Virus record (IMG/VR): IMGVR_UViG_3300032216_000524
Coordinates: 1-64,000 of that record
DNA from: a virus
Lineage: Duplodnaviria > Caudoviricetes
Length of the DNA: 64,000 nucleotides
Reading direction: 5' to 3' (one strand)
Positions 17,293 to 27,731 of the stretch are shown here, one piece after another. The notes beneath the pieces are model-generated. The model was not told the origin of the DNA. It worked only from the letters and a program-made list of their open reading frames with translations, and did not search any database. A program made the position numbers and the translations under genes. Positions within the stretch are counted from its first letter, which is position 1. The number at the start of each line of letters is the position of its first letter.

Positions 17293-18600
17293 TTACATCA
17301 AGTTAGTTACTGCTACACGACGGTAGTAGTAGTTCACATTAGCTGTCAATGCACCATTGCTGTCGCTGTTATCCAACTGAACGAATGGGTTAGCGACCAT
17401 GCCGTAGCGAGTCTTGAAACCAATCTTAGGTTGGAAAGTAGATGGATCAACTGCACGAACCAATTGTAATGGAACATATGGGCAGTAGAACAAACCAGCG
17501 TCAAATGCAGAAGTACCTTTGTAGCCAACAGTAAAGAACTGGCTAGCAGATTGGTTAGCAGCAAATGGGTCAACATAAACTTTGTAACGACCATTCAATA
17601 CACCAGCAAAAGTAGTGCTTGCTTCGTCAACATTCAATGAAGTTGAAAGAGCTGGAGCGTAGTCCAAAACACCAGCCATAGCAAGAGCAGAAGCAACATC
17701 TGAAGAACAGATGATGAAGTTACCTTTACCACGACGAGTTTGTTGAGCAATAGCGTTAGCATCACGCTCGATTTGGAACAATAGACCTTTGAACTTTTCA
17801 ACAGACCAACGACCATTTGAGTCAGTGTCTAAGTCGAAAGTACCAGCAGTAGTAGTACCAACTTGAGCACCTGGCTTAGCAGTTACATAGATAGTACGGA
17901 GAACTTCACGGTTGATTTCAGCCAAAATTTCTGTAGACAGAATGTTTGACAATTCGCCTTCAGCGTCAAGACCATGAACTGATTTCAAGTCTTGTGCCAA
18001 TTCAACAGTGTATTCTGCTTTCAAAGCACGAGTCTTTGCAGTAACAGAAGTCTTCTCGATTGAGAAAGCCATTTCGTTGAAAGTAGAACCAGAACCTAAG
18101 TGCTCAGCAGCAGAAGTAGCTAAACCACGACCGATGTCATAAGAGCCAGAAACTGGGTTGTGACCAGCTGGGCTAGATTGATCGCCAGCGAAACCAGTAT
18201 CAGCTTCGTTGAACAATGCTTCTGTACCATCCTGAGTAGAGTAGCGTGACTTCATTGCGAAGATCAAACCAGTAGGTTGAGTCATTGGCTGTACACCGCA
18301 AACATCATAAGCGATCATTTGTGGAGCAGCACGACGAACCAAACTAATCAACACTGGATCGTAACCAGAAACAGTACCAGTAGCATCACCAGAACCACCT
18401 AAGGCGATACCAGATCCACCAGCGTTAGCTGCTGTAGTTTCGAACAATGCTTCTTGTTGCTTGCGACCTTCACGCTCTTGGTTTTCCAAGAGAACGGCAG
18501 TCACTTCTTTACGATAATGATCCTTAATTGGAGCAACTGAATCGTGCTCAAGGATCGGAGCCCACTTCTTAAGAAGGGCTTGGCGGTCTAAATTAGACAT
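17293..18600 (-). CDS. gp23: major capsid protein
   Basis: KWAPIL.H, TAVLLENQ, LVRRAAP, GVQPM.QPTGLIFAMKSRY, MAFSIEK.SVTAKTRALKAEYT.ELAQDLK..HGLDAE, YCPYVPL, GFKTRYG. Confidence 0.99.
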   Translation of the reverse strand: MSNLDRQALLKKWAPILEHDSVAPIKDHYRKEVTAVLLENQEREGRKQQEALFETTAANAGGSGIALGGSGDATGTVSGYDPVLISLVRRAAPQMIAYDVCGVQPMTQPTGLIFAMKSRYSTQDGTEALFNEADTGFAGDQSSPAGHNPVSGSYDIGRGLATSAAEHLGSGSTFNEMAFSIEKTSVTAKTRALKAEYTVELAQDLKSVHGLDAEGELSNILSTEILAEINREVLRTIYVTAKPGAQVGTTTAGTFDLDTDSNGRWSVEKFKGLLFQIERDANAIAQQTRRGKGNFIICSSDVASALAMAGVLDYAPALSTSLNVDEASTTFAGVLNGRYKVYVDPFAANQSASQFFTVGYKGTSAFDAGLFYCPYVPLQLVRAVDPSTFQPKIGFKTRYGMVANPFVQLDNSDSNGALTANVNYYYRRVAVTNLM

Positions 18601-18616
18601 GTTTTATTTCCTTTTA

Positions 18617-19651
18617 TTATTTGAGGTTATTGAGTGCAGATACATACTTCGCTACGGAAGGATCAATCTTTGCAGTCTCAGTTAGAGTTTCAATTGGTGT
18701 ATCGCTAACTACTGATTTAACTTCAGAGATAACTTTCTTTCCACCAAAATAATTTTCACGAATAGTCTGTAGTTTTACAGCAAATGTATCTAGATCTTCA
18801 TAAGATAATTCTTCTGCTAAAGAAGTAAACTTTTCTACTTCAGTATCAGTCAAACCATCAGAAGCTGTAGCGATAGCGTTAACACGCTTTTGTTCGTTTA
18901 CAGTTTTAGATAATGTTACATTTGTTTCTACTTGTTCATTGAGTTTTGCTTCCAATGCAGTAATCTGTTCTTGCATGTCGCCCAATACATCGAATTTCTC
19001 TTCAGGAACATCGATATAGTGTTCAGCAAACAAACCTTTCATACCTTCAATAAAGTTCTCCATGATTTCAGACTTCATACCAGACTCAAGGGCTAACTCA
19101 TTCTCTTGCACCCACTGCTCGACAATATAGCCGAGATATCCATCAACTTTTTCAACAAGACCCTCTTTGATACTTTCTACTTCTTCTGCTAATTTCTCAG
19201 CGTAAGATTCTTCTAAACGAGCAGTTTCTTCAGTAATGCGTAACATTACGGCTGCTTCGAAAATTGTTTCTGCTTTAGCACGGAAATCTTCTGAAAGTTC
19301 TTCTCCGTTCATAAGCGCATCAATATCTTCTTTCATACCGCTAAGGTGACTTGCTTCAGGAGCAGTTGCTTTAGCGTTAGCAGGATTTGATGCTTTAGCT
19401 GTAGCGTTAGCTGCAGCGTCTTGGCTCTTGACATTGTTACGAGCATTGTTTGGCTCATCGCCAGCAATAGTAGTAACACCATCAGTAGATACTTTAGCAA
19501 TGTTGCTTGCTTCGCCAGCAGCAGCATTAGCAGTAACCTTGTCGCTAGGACCAGATTGTGTACCCATTTCTTTAACTTCTTCATTAACTACGCCATTGGC
19601 TTTCGCTTTTGACTCAGCTAACATCTCTTTAATTTTTTGTTCGATTGACAT
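18617..19651 (-). CDS. gp22: prohead core scaffolding protein
   Basis: DIDALMNGEELSEDFRAKAETIFEAAV, VDGYLGYIVEQW, ENFIEGMKGLF.EHYIDVPEEK. Confidence 0.95.
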   Translation of the reverse strand: MSIEQKIKEMLAESKAKANGVVNEEVKEMGTQSGPSDKVTANAAAGEASNIAKVSTDGVTTIAGDEPNNARNNVKSQDAAANATAKASNPANAKATAPEASHLSGMKEDIDALMNGEELSEDFRAKAETIFEAAVMLRITEETARLEESYAEKLAEEVESIKEGLVEKVDGYLGYIVEQWVQENELALESGMKSEIMENFIEGMKGLFAEHYIDVPEEKFDVLGDMQEQITALEAKLNEQVETNVTLSKTVNEQKRVNAIATASDGLTDTEVEKFTSLAEELSYEDLDTFAVKLQTIRENYFGGKKVISEVKSVVSDTPIETLTETAKIDPSVAKYVSALNNLK

Positions 19652-19685
19652 CGTTATCTCCTAAACTGGATAAGTTCTATGTTAT

Positions 19686-19699
19686 TATTTATTATTTAT
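19686..19699 (-). promoter_or_regulatory. tandem late promoter motifs (ATAAATA x2) upstream of gp22-gp23
   Basis: Two adjacent copies in the gp21-gp22 intergenic gap. Confidence 0.65.
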
Positions 19700-20349
19700 C
19701 TGATTTTACTCAGGAATGTTTGGAAAGCACGAATCTTTGCTTCCTCTAACTGCTTAGAAGAAGCCTTTCTAATAAAAGACTTTGCTTCCTCGATATTCTT
19801 TTCCACAAACTTTCCATCAACGAATGCCCATTCTCTGTTTTCCATAATGCCTCTTACGAATGCATCTGGAGCAGATGGGTCGGCAACAATATCTGCTGCC
19901 GTAGACAACATAAAGTCATCTTGAACAATTTGAACACCCTCATTGTTAGTTTTGAGTGACCCCATTGCCCTACTAGACACGCCAAGATTTGCGCCACCAT
20001 CGAGTAGACCACGAGCGATCATTCCCATCGGAGTTTCTAAAATCTTTGCTTTACCTACATAGTTTTTGCCTTCTTTACGAAGATCAACGATCAAATGAGA
20101 CACACGATCCAAATTAATGGAAGGAGACTCTGGATGACCGAGTTCGCCATAGGCACGATTCATTTGCACATATTCTTTTAAGTAACGACCAACTTCTTTG
20201 TCCATTACATGTTCTTGATACATGCGATTATTGCGGTTTACCAATTCAGATTGAAGGAAGATGCCTTCAATAAAATAATTCTTCTTGCCACCGACTTTTT
20301 CTTCGATGACACAATTAGTTTGTTCTACAACTTCTTTAATTAGTTTCAT
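19696..20349 (-). CDS. gp21: prohead core protease
   Basis: IEGIFLQ, NRN.RMY, GELGHP, VSH, LGVSSRAMGSL, ADIVADPSAPDAFV.GIME. Confidence 0.97.
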   Translation of the reverse strand: MKLIKEVVEQTNCVIEEKVGGKKNYFIEGIFLQSELVNRNNRMYQEHVMDKEVGRYLKEYVQMNRAYGELGHPESPSINLDRVSHLIVDLRKEGKNYVGKAKILETPMGMIARGLLDGGANLGVSSRAMGSLKTNNEGVQIVQDDFMLSTAADIVADPSAPDAFVRGIMENREWAFVDGKFVEKNIEEAKSFIRKASSKQLEEAKIRAFQTFLSKIR

Positions 20350-20358
20350 GGCGTATCC

Positions 20359-20823
20359 TTATGCTTTATCTGGTGAACCGCTAGCAGTAGTAGAAGCACC
20401 AACACGAGTTACATCATCGTATGCACCATAAGTAGCAGGTTCAACTTTAGTATCCCAACCTTGGATTTTACGAAGAGTGATATATCCTGATACTGGCTTG
20501 CTTGATACTGATTGAGCAATAAGAATATCTTGATCGTTATTTGTGCCATCAGTAATACCATATTGAGTCAGATCTAATATTGGAGCATTTTCTGGAGCAC
20601 AAGCGATAATGTTTTTACCATTGCGAGAAACAATTACAGCAGAACCATCAACACCAGTAGAAATAAAACGAACGATATTTACTTTTGGATCATCGCTGTT
20701 TCTTGTTTGAGTACCTGCTCCTAAATCAGCAATAGTGATTGTAGCACTTTCGTTAGTAACAGTTTCGAAATGAATAATCGTTTCCTGATTAGTATTTCTT
20801 ACAGTTGTAAAATTCATTGCCAT
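20359..20823 (-). CDS. hypothetical head-region virion protein
   Basis: Within the head operon between gp67 and gp21; no recognised family. Confidence 0.7.
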   Translation of the reverse strand: MAMNFTTVRNTNQETIIHFETVTNESATITIADLGAGTQTRNSDDPKVNIVRFISTGVDGSAVIVSRNGKNIIACAPENAPILDLTQYGITDGTNNDQDILIAQSVSSKPVSGYITLRKIQGWDTKVEPATYGAYDDVTRVGASTTASGSPDKA

Positions 20824-20825
20824 CT

Positions 20826-21368
20826 TTATTCTCCGAGTTCTTTTATGATTCTAACGAAATGCTCTTTGCTTTCACGCATGTACTCAACGATTTCGTTTTT
20901 ATCTGCTAATACTTTATTTAGGAGTTCTTGCGTAGATTCATTTATTGCAACAATGGATCCGTCTTCAAGAACATACTGTAACTTTCCAGCAAATTCAGCA
21001 GTCTTTGATTCTTTGATGGCTGTAACAACTGGGTCAATAGTAAACACATTGGAAGAGGCAAGTTCGATGTATGATTCAATAAGGGTATCTGTAATCTTTT
21101 CGATATTATGATATTGTCTTATGTACTGTGCAACTTTTTCTTCTGGGATTGTCGTATCAATATTGTCTAATAATTCTATATTTTCAATATATTTTTTAGC
21201 GTATTCCCTTGCCTCTTCCAATGTGCTAACATTGGATTCAATGGACAAACCATTGATTGAAATCTTAAAGTCTTCCGATACAGCCACATCATGGCCATAT
21301 ACTAGGAACGACGCAGCTAAACCATTGTCATTCAATAGTTGTTTCTGGAATGACAAAAAAGATTTCAT
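20826..21368 (-). CDS. hypothetical head-region protein at the position of prohead core gp68
   Basis: Coupled to gp67 (overlapping stop/start); assignment by synteny only. Confidence 0.6.
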   Translation of the reverse strand: MKSFLSFQKQLLNDNGLAASFLVYGHDVAVSEDFKISINGLSIESNVSTLEEAREYAKKYIENIELLDNIDTTIPEEKVAQYIRQYHNIEKITDTLIESYIELASSNVFTIDPVVTAIKESKTAEFAGKLQYVLEDGSIVAINESTQELLNKVLADKNEIVEYMRESKEHFVRIIKELGE

Positions 21369-21577
21369 TATTCTTCTTCTGTAGAAATTTCTTCTGTTTC
21401 GACTTCAGGCTCTTCATCAGAAATTTCTTCCTGTGAAACAAACATACTTTGAGCCATGTCAGTGCGCATTGCATCTAATTTCTCAGATACTTTTGCAGCC
21501 ATAATAGAATTGAACGCATTGTCAATTCCTGTAGCTTCACCAGCTTGAATGGCGTCGATTAATTCACGAGTACTCAT
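21368..21577 (-). CDS. gp67: prohead core protein
   Basis: Short acidic protein directly after the portal gene. Confidence 0.7.
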   Translation of the reverse strand: MSTRELIDAIQAGEATGIDNAFNSIMAAKVSEKLDAMRTDMAQSMFVSQEEISDEEPEVETEEISTEEE

Positions 21578-23142
21578 TTACCTTCTCCTTGATCCTGATC
21601 TAAATAACCAGCTTTATCTAATTCATTATTTGTAGCAACCTGTTGGATGCCAGCCATTTGCCCTTGCATTTGGGCATTACTCAATTGGTAATCACCCTCT
21701 TTCTTAATTTGGGCTTCTTCAGCTTGAATCTGATCTTCAGACATACGAAGAACATTCTTCTTAACCCAATTCACAGAGTAAAACTTACCAATGTATGGTT
21801 CCATCTGAATCAATGCTTGGATACGATTGTTTAAAATCTCAGTATCCTTCAACTCAGCGAACGCATTATCTTTCATAAAGTCGTAGCGGATGCTTTGTTT
21901 AATCTCATCCCACTCGTCTTCACGAATAATACCTTTGGCGATCAATTGAATTTTTAAAGCATCGTTAAACAAATTGGTAAATCTTTTACGCAATCTGGCG
22001 ATATACTTTGTAAACTTTAATTCATCACGACTAATCTCAGAAGAACGACCTAGTGAAAATCCACTGTCAGACTTCAAACGACTTGTTGGCACATTTAATG
22101 CCTGATATAATTTTTCTTGGAAATATTGAATGTCTTGGATTTCACCAAGATTTTGACCACCTGGAAGTGTAGTAATTTCTGTTCCCTTACCACCTTCACG
22201 ACGAGGCATCCAAAAATCTTCAAGCATCGAAAGGAATTTACGATCATCACGGACTTCTCCAGTGTTGGCGTCGTAAACAACTTTATTACGATAACGATTC
22301 ATCAAATCATTAACATACTGTTCTGCTTTAACTTTTGGCAGATTACCCACATCAACATAAAATATTCTGCGTTCTGGTGCACGAGAGATGCGATAGATAA
22401 CAACAGCATCTTCGATCATCTTTAGTTGATTGACTGGTTTAATCGCTTTATGTAAATGAGATAACATCATACCAGTGTTATTATCAACCATTCCAGAACC
22501 GCAATATAATACAGAGTCTAGCGTTAGACGAATACCCTGTGTTGTATTTTCTGAAATTCCTTTGTCATTGTAGATATAGTATTCTTCGATACCAACTACA
22601 ACTTCAACACCTTTTTTATCTTTGTCTTTTTTGACATGTTTGATTTTACGAATCTTACGAGGATCAATTGGTCTTAACTCAACGATACCATTTCGTGGAT
22701 TCTTTTCATCAATCAAAATATGGAAGTACAATCTTCCATCGATATACCATGTGCGGAAAAGGTCGTGACCTTTATCCGAAAACTTTAACAGCTTTAAAAC
22801 ATTTTCGTATTCTTCTCGTATTCTTTTTTTAATACTGTCAGATACTTTAACATCGTCAGCTACAATCTTAACTGCTTCGTGGTCTTCTTCAACCACTAAC
22901 GATTCATTTACAATATCTTCAATTGCACTATCGCAATCTGGATACTGAGAAACTTCACGATACCTACGAATCAAATCATTTTCGTTCTTAACAACACCTT
23001 CCATGTCAACGACTAGAGAGTAGTACGCTCCAGCGTTGACGGAAGTTGTTACAGTAGAACCATCATCAGGTTGAGGAGCTACCACTGAAGGTAGATCCTT
23101 TTCCTGTTTACGCTTTATTTCAAAACCGAATAATTCAGCCAT
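21574..23142 (-). CDS. gp20: portal protein
   Basis: MAELFGFEI, LIRRYRE, WYIDGR, LHKAIKPVNQLKMIEDA.VIYRISRAPERRIFYVDVGNLPK.KAEQY, EDFWMPRREGGKGTEITTLPGGQNLG. Confidence 0.99.
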   Translation of the reverse strand: MAELFGFEIKRKQEKDLPSVVAPQPDDGSTVTTSVNAGAYYSLVVDMEGVVKNENDLIRRYREVSQYPDCDSAIEDIVNESLVVEEDHEAVKIVADDVKVSDSIKKRIREEYENVLKLLKFSDKGHDLFRTWYIDGRLYFHILIDEKNPRNGIVELRPIDPRKIRKIKHVKKDKDKKGVEVVVGIEEYYIYNDKGISENTTQGIRLTLDSVLYCGSGMVDNNTGMMLSHLHKAIKPVNQLKMIEDAVVIYRISRAPERRIFYVDVGNLPKVKAEQYVNDLMNRYRNKVVYDANTGEVRDDRKFLSMLEDFWMPRREGGKGTEITTLPGGQNLGEIQDIQYFQEKLYQALNVPTSRLKSDSGFSLGRSSEISRDELKFTKYIARLRKRFTNLFNDALKIQLIAKGIIREDEWDEIKQSIRYDFMKDNAFAELKDTEILNNRIQALIQMEPYIGKFYSVNWVKKNVLRMSEDQIQAEEAQIKKEGDYQLSNAQMQGQMAGIQQVATNNELDKAGYLDQDQGEGK

Positions 23143-23164
23143 TATATAACCTCAAGTTTAAAAC

Positions 23165-23184
23165 CTAATTCCCGAAGGAATTAG
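23165..23184 (-). terminator. stem-loop terminator after gp19
   Basis: CTAATTCC-TTCG-GGAATTAG (UUCG tetraloop) overlapping the gp19 stop, followed by GTTTT. Confidence 0.7.
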
Positions 23185-23777
23185 ATTGGGAGAGGGAACG
23201 AACCTACTGGAGTATTGATAGTGGTACTAATACCAAAACCAGAACCACCAGATGAAGTATCAGAAACCCAGTAATTGTATTGGAATGTCACATCGAATGT
23301 TTCGACTTGGTTTGTTGTTTCAAAATCTAATGCAATTGCACTAATGTTAATCGGATAAGCATCAACGAATTGATACGATTTAACTGTTGCACCATTACGA
23401 TCTAACTGATTGCAAGACATTTGAACTTGATAGTCAGTTGGGTTTACACGACCCAAAGTAGTAGCATTGTTTTGAATGCCATTAGACCATTGTTCAAACG
23501 CATTACGAATATTAAAGTTAGTATCGTTATAGATTGTTACTGACCAATTTTCAAAAGTTCTTTCTCCAGCAACACTGACCTGACGACCACGGTATTGAAG
23601 AGGAATATTTTCGATAGTTGATGCAGGTAAAGTAGTTGCTTTGCAAAGGAATTGACCTTGCAAACCAGCAATGCCAGCTAAAGTTACGAATGATGGGAAC
23701 GCTAAATCAACACGGAATTGATTAGGACGAGCACCACCACCGATCAGTTGGGCTTTAAAATCAGCAATATTTGCCAT
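23181..23777 (-). CDS. gp19: tail tube protein
   Basis: GGGARPNQFRV, FLCKAT.LPAST, GRQVSVAGERTFENW.VTIYND, F..RNAFEQW, FDVTFQYNYW. Confidence 0.97.
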   Translation of the reverse strand: MANIADFKAQLIGGGARPNQFRVDLAFPSFVTLAGIAGLQGQFLCKATTLPASTIENIPLQYRGRQVSVAGERTFENWSVTIYNDTNFNIRNAFEQWSNGIQNNATTLGRVNPTDYQVQMSCNQLDRNGATVKSYQFVDAYPINISAIALDFETTNQVETFDVTFQYNYWVSDTSSGGSGFGISTTINTPVGSFPLPI

Positions 23778-23796
23778 TTGTTATCTCCTTTATCTC

Positions 23797-23803
23797 TATT
23801 TAG
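23797..23803 (-). promoter_or_regulatory. late promoter motif CTAAATA upstream of gp19
   Basis: In the gp18-gp19 gap, upstream of the AAGGAG RBS. Confidence 0.6.
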
Positions 23804-23806
23804 GCA

Positions 23807-26011
23807 TTAACCACCGATCTCTGTGAAGTTCGCAGAAGAGCGAGCAGCAACAAAGTTCAGAGTAATGTAGTTGATAGAGCGATTTGGCTTAATGAAGATA
23901 TCAGCAACGAACTGGTTAGCGTCAATGACTGCACCAGTATTATTGGTGTCATCACACTTAACACGGAAGTCTACGATACCACGACGACCTTGAACATCAC
24001 GGAGGAATGGCTCGACTAAGTTCTTGAACTGAGCACGAGTGAAACCATCGTTAAATTCAAACAACTGGAATTTAGCAGCAGTTGCAATTGCTTTCTCAAG
24101 AACGATAAACAAGCGACGGACATTGATACGATCGAATGCGCTTGGTTTAGTTTGCATTGTCTTATCACCGTAAAGGATAATACCTTGTCCTGGGAAAGAA
24201 ACAACTGGATTAATACCAGCTTTGTAAAGAGCATCTCTAGACGCTTGGTCTGGATTGTGCGCCAACTTAACAACATTCTTGATAGTACCACGATTGTAAC
24301 CACCTGGACTGAACCAAGGATCATTAGTGTGGTCAGTACGAGCACACAAACCAGCAGTATCAGCGTTCAATGGAACCCAACGATATTTGTCGTTGTAACG
24401 ATCGTATTGATATTTGTAACCAGAATCCATAACAGCGTAGCTGTGGATAGTATTCATAGCGTTACGATATGCAACGATTTTGTCAGTAGCATCAGAAGTA
24501 TTGCCAATGATTGGATCACCAGATGAAACATCTTGCGGAGAAACAAAAGCAACGCAATCAGCACGACCTTGTGCAAGATCAGCAATAATTGAAGCAGTAG
24601 AAGCAGTAGCCTTACCAGCAAAAATCAAACTGATATCATACAACTCTGCATTAGAGAATAATGCATAAGCGTTTTGTTGTTGACCAGCAGTCATTGTGAA
24701 ATCGTCTACACCACCAACAAGATCAAAATCAGCTGCAGAAACTAGACTAGTAAAATTGTTTTCAATAGCACTAGTACCCCAGTCATCGTGACCACTGAGC
24801 GGTTTGTCCATCCACCAAATGTATGCAGAATTTGTATTCAATACATTTTTATAGTAGTTGTTTGTTCCGTCTTGTTTGCGAGCATCAGATGCTTTAGAAA
24901 CGAAAGCAAATTTCTCTAGTACGGATCCTGGGACATTAGTCCAAGCACCAGTGCGGTCAACGATCAAAATATGCATTTCGTCATTTGAACCACCAACACT
25001 AGCAGCAAAAGTTGAAGTTCCTGGAGCAGAATCAAAATATGATTTGTATGCCCAAGTGTCGTATGTATCAGCATCAGCGTAATATACAGTAAGTGAATTA
25101 CCTAAAGATCCTGGATATTTTGCAGCGAATTCGCCAACAACACCTTCACCATCTGCAAAACTTTGCAAATAGTCTTCAGAGTTTTTAATTTTTACGCCAC
25201 CAGCTAAATTGACAGTACCAACAGCAGTAGCAGTAACGCCAGATAACGGAGCAGCAATACTAATTGAAGGCATTTCGTCGTAACCAGTACCAGCAACAGT
25301 AATAGTAATACCAGTAATGGTAGAACCACCAACAGTAACTGCACCAGCAGTAGCTGCAGCACCAGTATGTGTACCAGTGATAGTAACAGTTGGAGCAGCT
25401 TTATAACCAGATCCTGGAGTGTCAATTACAATAGCAGTAATAGTACCTGATCCATCAATAGTAGCGTGAGCGGTAGCAGTAGTACCTGAACCACCTGGAG
25501 CTGAAATTGTTACAGCTACACCACCATAACCACCAACAGAATAACCTAATCCACCAGTAGCAACAGCGATAGCAGAAATAACTCCACCAGATAATGTTAC
25601 AGTAGCTTCAGCTTGAGTACCACCAGATACATTTGGAGCACCGATAGTTACATTTGGAGCAGCAGCAGTTGAGGAATAACCTGAACCTGCATTAGAGATG
25701 GATAATGTTGCTAATCCACCAGTTTGTGTTGCAACAGCATTTAAACCATTTGTTGAATCAGTACGAACTAACAATAGATTGTTAGCATACGATAAAAAGT
25801 TTGCTGCTGATAAGAAAGATTGGAAGTTGGAATCGTTAGGTTTTCCGAATTGTTGAACCAAAACATTTTCCGAAGAAATTGTAATTGGTTGCATAACTGG
25901 ACCCCAAGCAAAAGCTCCCGCAAATGCCCCAACAGAAGAACTAACTGCTGGAACGATTGACGAAAAGTCTTTTTCTACGACTGCAACACCTGGACTAAGT
26001 TGAAAAGGCAT
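23807..26011 (-). CDS. gp18: tail sheath protein with inserted Ig-like repeats
   Basis: MPFQLSPGVAVVEKD, GAFAWGP, AKYPG.LGN, PWFSPGG.NRG, FDRINVRRLF, FE.ND..TR, IKPNRSINYI.LNFVA. Confidence 0.98.
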   Translation of the reverse strand: MPFQLSPGVAVVEKDFSSIVPAVSSSVGAFAGAFAWGPVMQPITISSENVLVQQFGKPNDSNFQSFLSAANFLSYANNLLLVRTDSTNGLNAVATQTGGLATLSISNAGSGYSSTAAAPNVTIGAPNVSGGTQAEATVTLSGGVISAIAVATGGLGYSVGGYGGVAVTISAPGGSGTTATAHATIDGSGTITAIVIDTPGSGYKAAPTVTITGTHTGAAATAGAVTVGGSTITGITITVAGTGYDEMPSISIAAPLSGVTATAVGTVNLAGGVKIKNSEDYLQSFADGEGVVGEFAAKYPGSLGNSLTVYYADADTYDTWAYKSYFDSAPGTSTFAASVGGSNDEMHILIVDRTGAWTNVPGSVLEKFAFVSKASDARKQDGTNNYYKNVLNTNSAYIWWMDKPLSGHDDWGTSAIENNFTSLVSAADFDLVGGVDDFTMTAGQQQNAYALFSNAELYDISLIFAGKATASTASIIADLAQGRADCVAFVSPQDVSSGDPIIGNTSDATDKIVAYRNAMNTIHSYAVMDSGYKYQYDRYNDKYRWVPLNADTAGLCARTDHTNDPWFSPGGYNRGTIKNVVKLAHNPDQASRDALYKAGINPVVSFPGQGIILYGDKTMQTKPSAFDRINVRRLFIVLEKAIATAAKFQLFEFNDGFTRAQFKNLVEPFLRDVQGRRGIVDFRVKCDDTNNTGAVIDANQFVADIFIKPNRSINYITLNFVAARSSANFTEIGG

Positions 26012-26072
26012 TGTAATTCTCCTTGTTACATTTACATGTTATTTGTTTGTGCCATCTAAGCATTCACTATAT

Positions 26073-26079
26073 TATTTAG
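26073..26079 (-). promoter_or_regulatory. late promoter motif CTAAATA upstream of gp18
   Basis: In the gp17-gp18 gap. Confidence 0.6.
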
Positions 26080-26092
26080 TTTTTTCCACTTT

Positions 26093-27730
26093 TTAGAAAT
26101 TATGAAGGACTGGTTCTTCCGAACTTTGTCCATCAGCTATAAACCCAAATGGCGTTAATTCATCCTCAATCGCTTTAATACGAGTCCTATAAATTAGGTC
26201 TCTGAGATTGATATCATTTAAATCTTTAAAATACGGCTGAGTAGTCAGCCACCCAAATAGAACCAAAGTCATTACTAAGTCGTCATTGTACCCATCATCA
26301 GCAGCATACGAACCTCTGTATTCTATGAAAGTTGTAATTTCTGAAATAATATCTGCGTCTGGGATCAATAACTTTTGTTCTTCGATCAGAGTTTTCAGAT
26401 TCATACAACCAATTCGTTTCACCTTTCTGTCAGTGACCACACCCAGCTGGGCACGACCTCCACCAAAACCTCCAGAAACTGTTTGTCCCTGAGTGTTTCT
26501 ATTTACAAAAAGAAGATTATCATATTCCAACTCGTGGTGTAGAATATTAGCAACCTGCTCTCCTATATTTATCTCTATTAAAATGTAGGCATTATTGTAT
26601 TCCTTAGCCACTTTATAGATGAAGTTGGGATACAATAGAGCAGAAACATCATTTTTTCTAAACTTCGCCACAATTTTATATGGCGCAGTTGTAATATCGA
26701 TCACCGTAAAAGCAGAATAATCTTGTTCAATACCAGAAGCCACATCAGCTACAAGAACATAGGAGTGTGGTGGTTTAAAAATCTTCTTGCCTGTTTCAGG
26801 ATCAATTTTATTTGTGTCTTCTTCGTAAACTGGCTCTTCAAAAACATCCAACCCATCTTTAGAATATATTGGATAGGAAGGTGACATCATTCCAATTACA
26901 TCGGCATTGATGAGCGTAAGAGCAGAACCTAAAAATTTACAAAGAACCTCTTGATTAAATTTAAGGTCACCAAGAATACCTTTTTGTTCGTCAGCCCACT
27001 CTTTAGTTCTTCCTGGAATTTCCCAGTAAGGAATAAAACAATTTACAAAACCATTGCGACCATTCTCGGCATCGTTCCAGAACTTCCAAAAGTGATTATA
27101 TCCTAATGGAGTTGAACTCAAAAGAATTTTTGTAGTTTCACCTGCAGAAATAGTAGGATAAACAGAAGTAAAAAATTGGTCAGCAACAGTGTTGGGAATA
27201 ATTGCTGCTTCGTCAACATATAATAGATTAACAGACTTACCACGAATACCAGAAGTAGAAGTAGCAGAAGTAAATACTTTAGATCCATTTTCTAACTCAA
27301 CATCCCCTTTGTTCCAAGACTTAACACCTTGCTGAAGCCATATCGGCAAACCTTCATACATAACTTGATAACGAGCAAGAACCTCTCGAGCAGCAGTGGC
27401 TTTGTTAGCAAGAATAGCAACTGTTTTGGCTTCTTGAAATAGTGTATACCAAAGAATATATGCAGCAGAAGAAGTTGTTTTACCTTGCTGACGACCTTCC
27501 ATAAGAATCACTTTACGATTCTCGTGGATAATTTTTAATTTTTTCTTTTGACAATCATACAATTTAAACAACTGTAAACCATGGTCAAGCGTGACAATTT
27601 GACAATAGGTTTCAATAAAGTAAATATAGTCAGACCTACACTTAACGATTTCTTGTATCTGTTCCTGAGTAAACTGAACTGAAACGCCAATTGCTTTTAA
27701 ATTCGGATTTGCATTATATATTTGTGCCAT
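26093..27730 (-). CDS. gp17: terminase large subunit
   Basis: YNANPNLK, GRQQGKTT, LYVDEAA, LSSTPLGYNHF, RNaseH-like ADVASG..QDYSAF, DDLVMTLVLF.W; uninterrupted. Confidence 0.98.
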   Translation of the reverse strand: MAQIYNANPNLKAIGVSVQFTQEQIQEIVKCRSDYIYFIETYCQIVTLDHGLQLFKLYDCQKKKLKIIHENRKVILMEGRQQGKTTSSAAYILWYTLFQEAKTVAILANKATAAREVLARYQVMYEGLPIWLQQGVKSWNKGDVELENGSKVFTSATSTSGIRGKSVNLLYVDEAAIIPNTVADQFFTSVYPTISAGETTKILLSSTPLGYNHFWKFWNDAENGRNGFVNCFIPYWEIPGRTKEWADEQKGILGDLKFNQEVLCKFLGSALTLINADVIGMMSPSYPIYSKDGLDVFEEPVYEEDTNKIDPETGKKIFKPPHSYVLVADVASGIEQDYSAFTVIDITTAPYKIVAKFRKNDVSALLYPNFIYKVAKEYNNAYILIEINIGEQVANILHHELEYDNLLFVNRNTQGQTVSGGFGGGRAQLGVVTDRKVKRIGCMNLKTLIEEQKLLIPDADIISEITTFIEYRGSYAADDGYNDDLVMTLVLFGWLTTQPYFKDLNDINLRDLIYRTRIKAIEDELTPFGFIADGQSSEEPVLHNF

Positions 27731-27731
27731 G

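Noticed and set aside
9070-27730. Introns, inteins or homing endonucleases in gp46, uvsW, gp17, gp20 or gp23
   Set aside because: All are continuous and of ordinary length, with no intein termini or HNH/GIY-YIG/LAGLIDADG motifs recognised.
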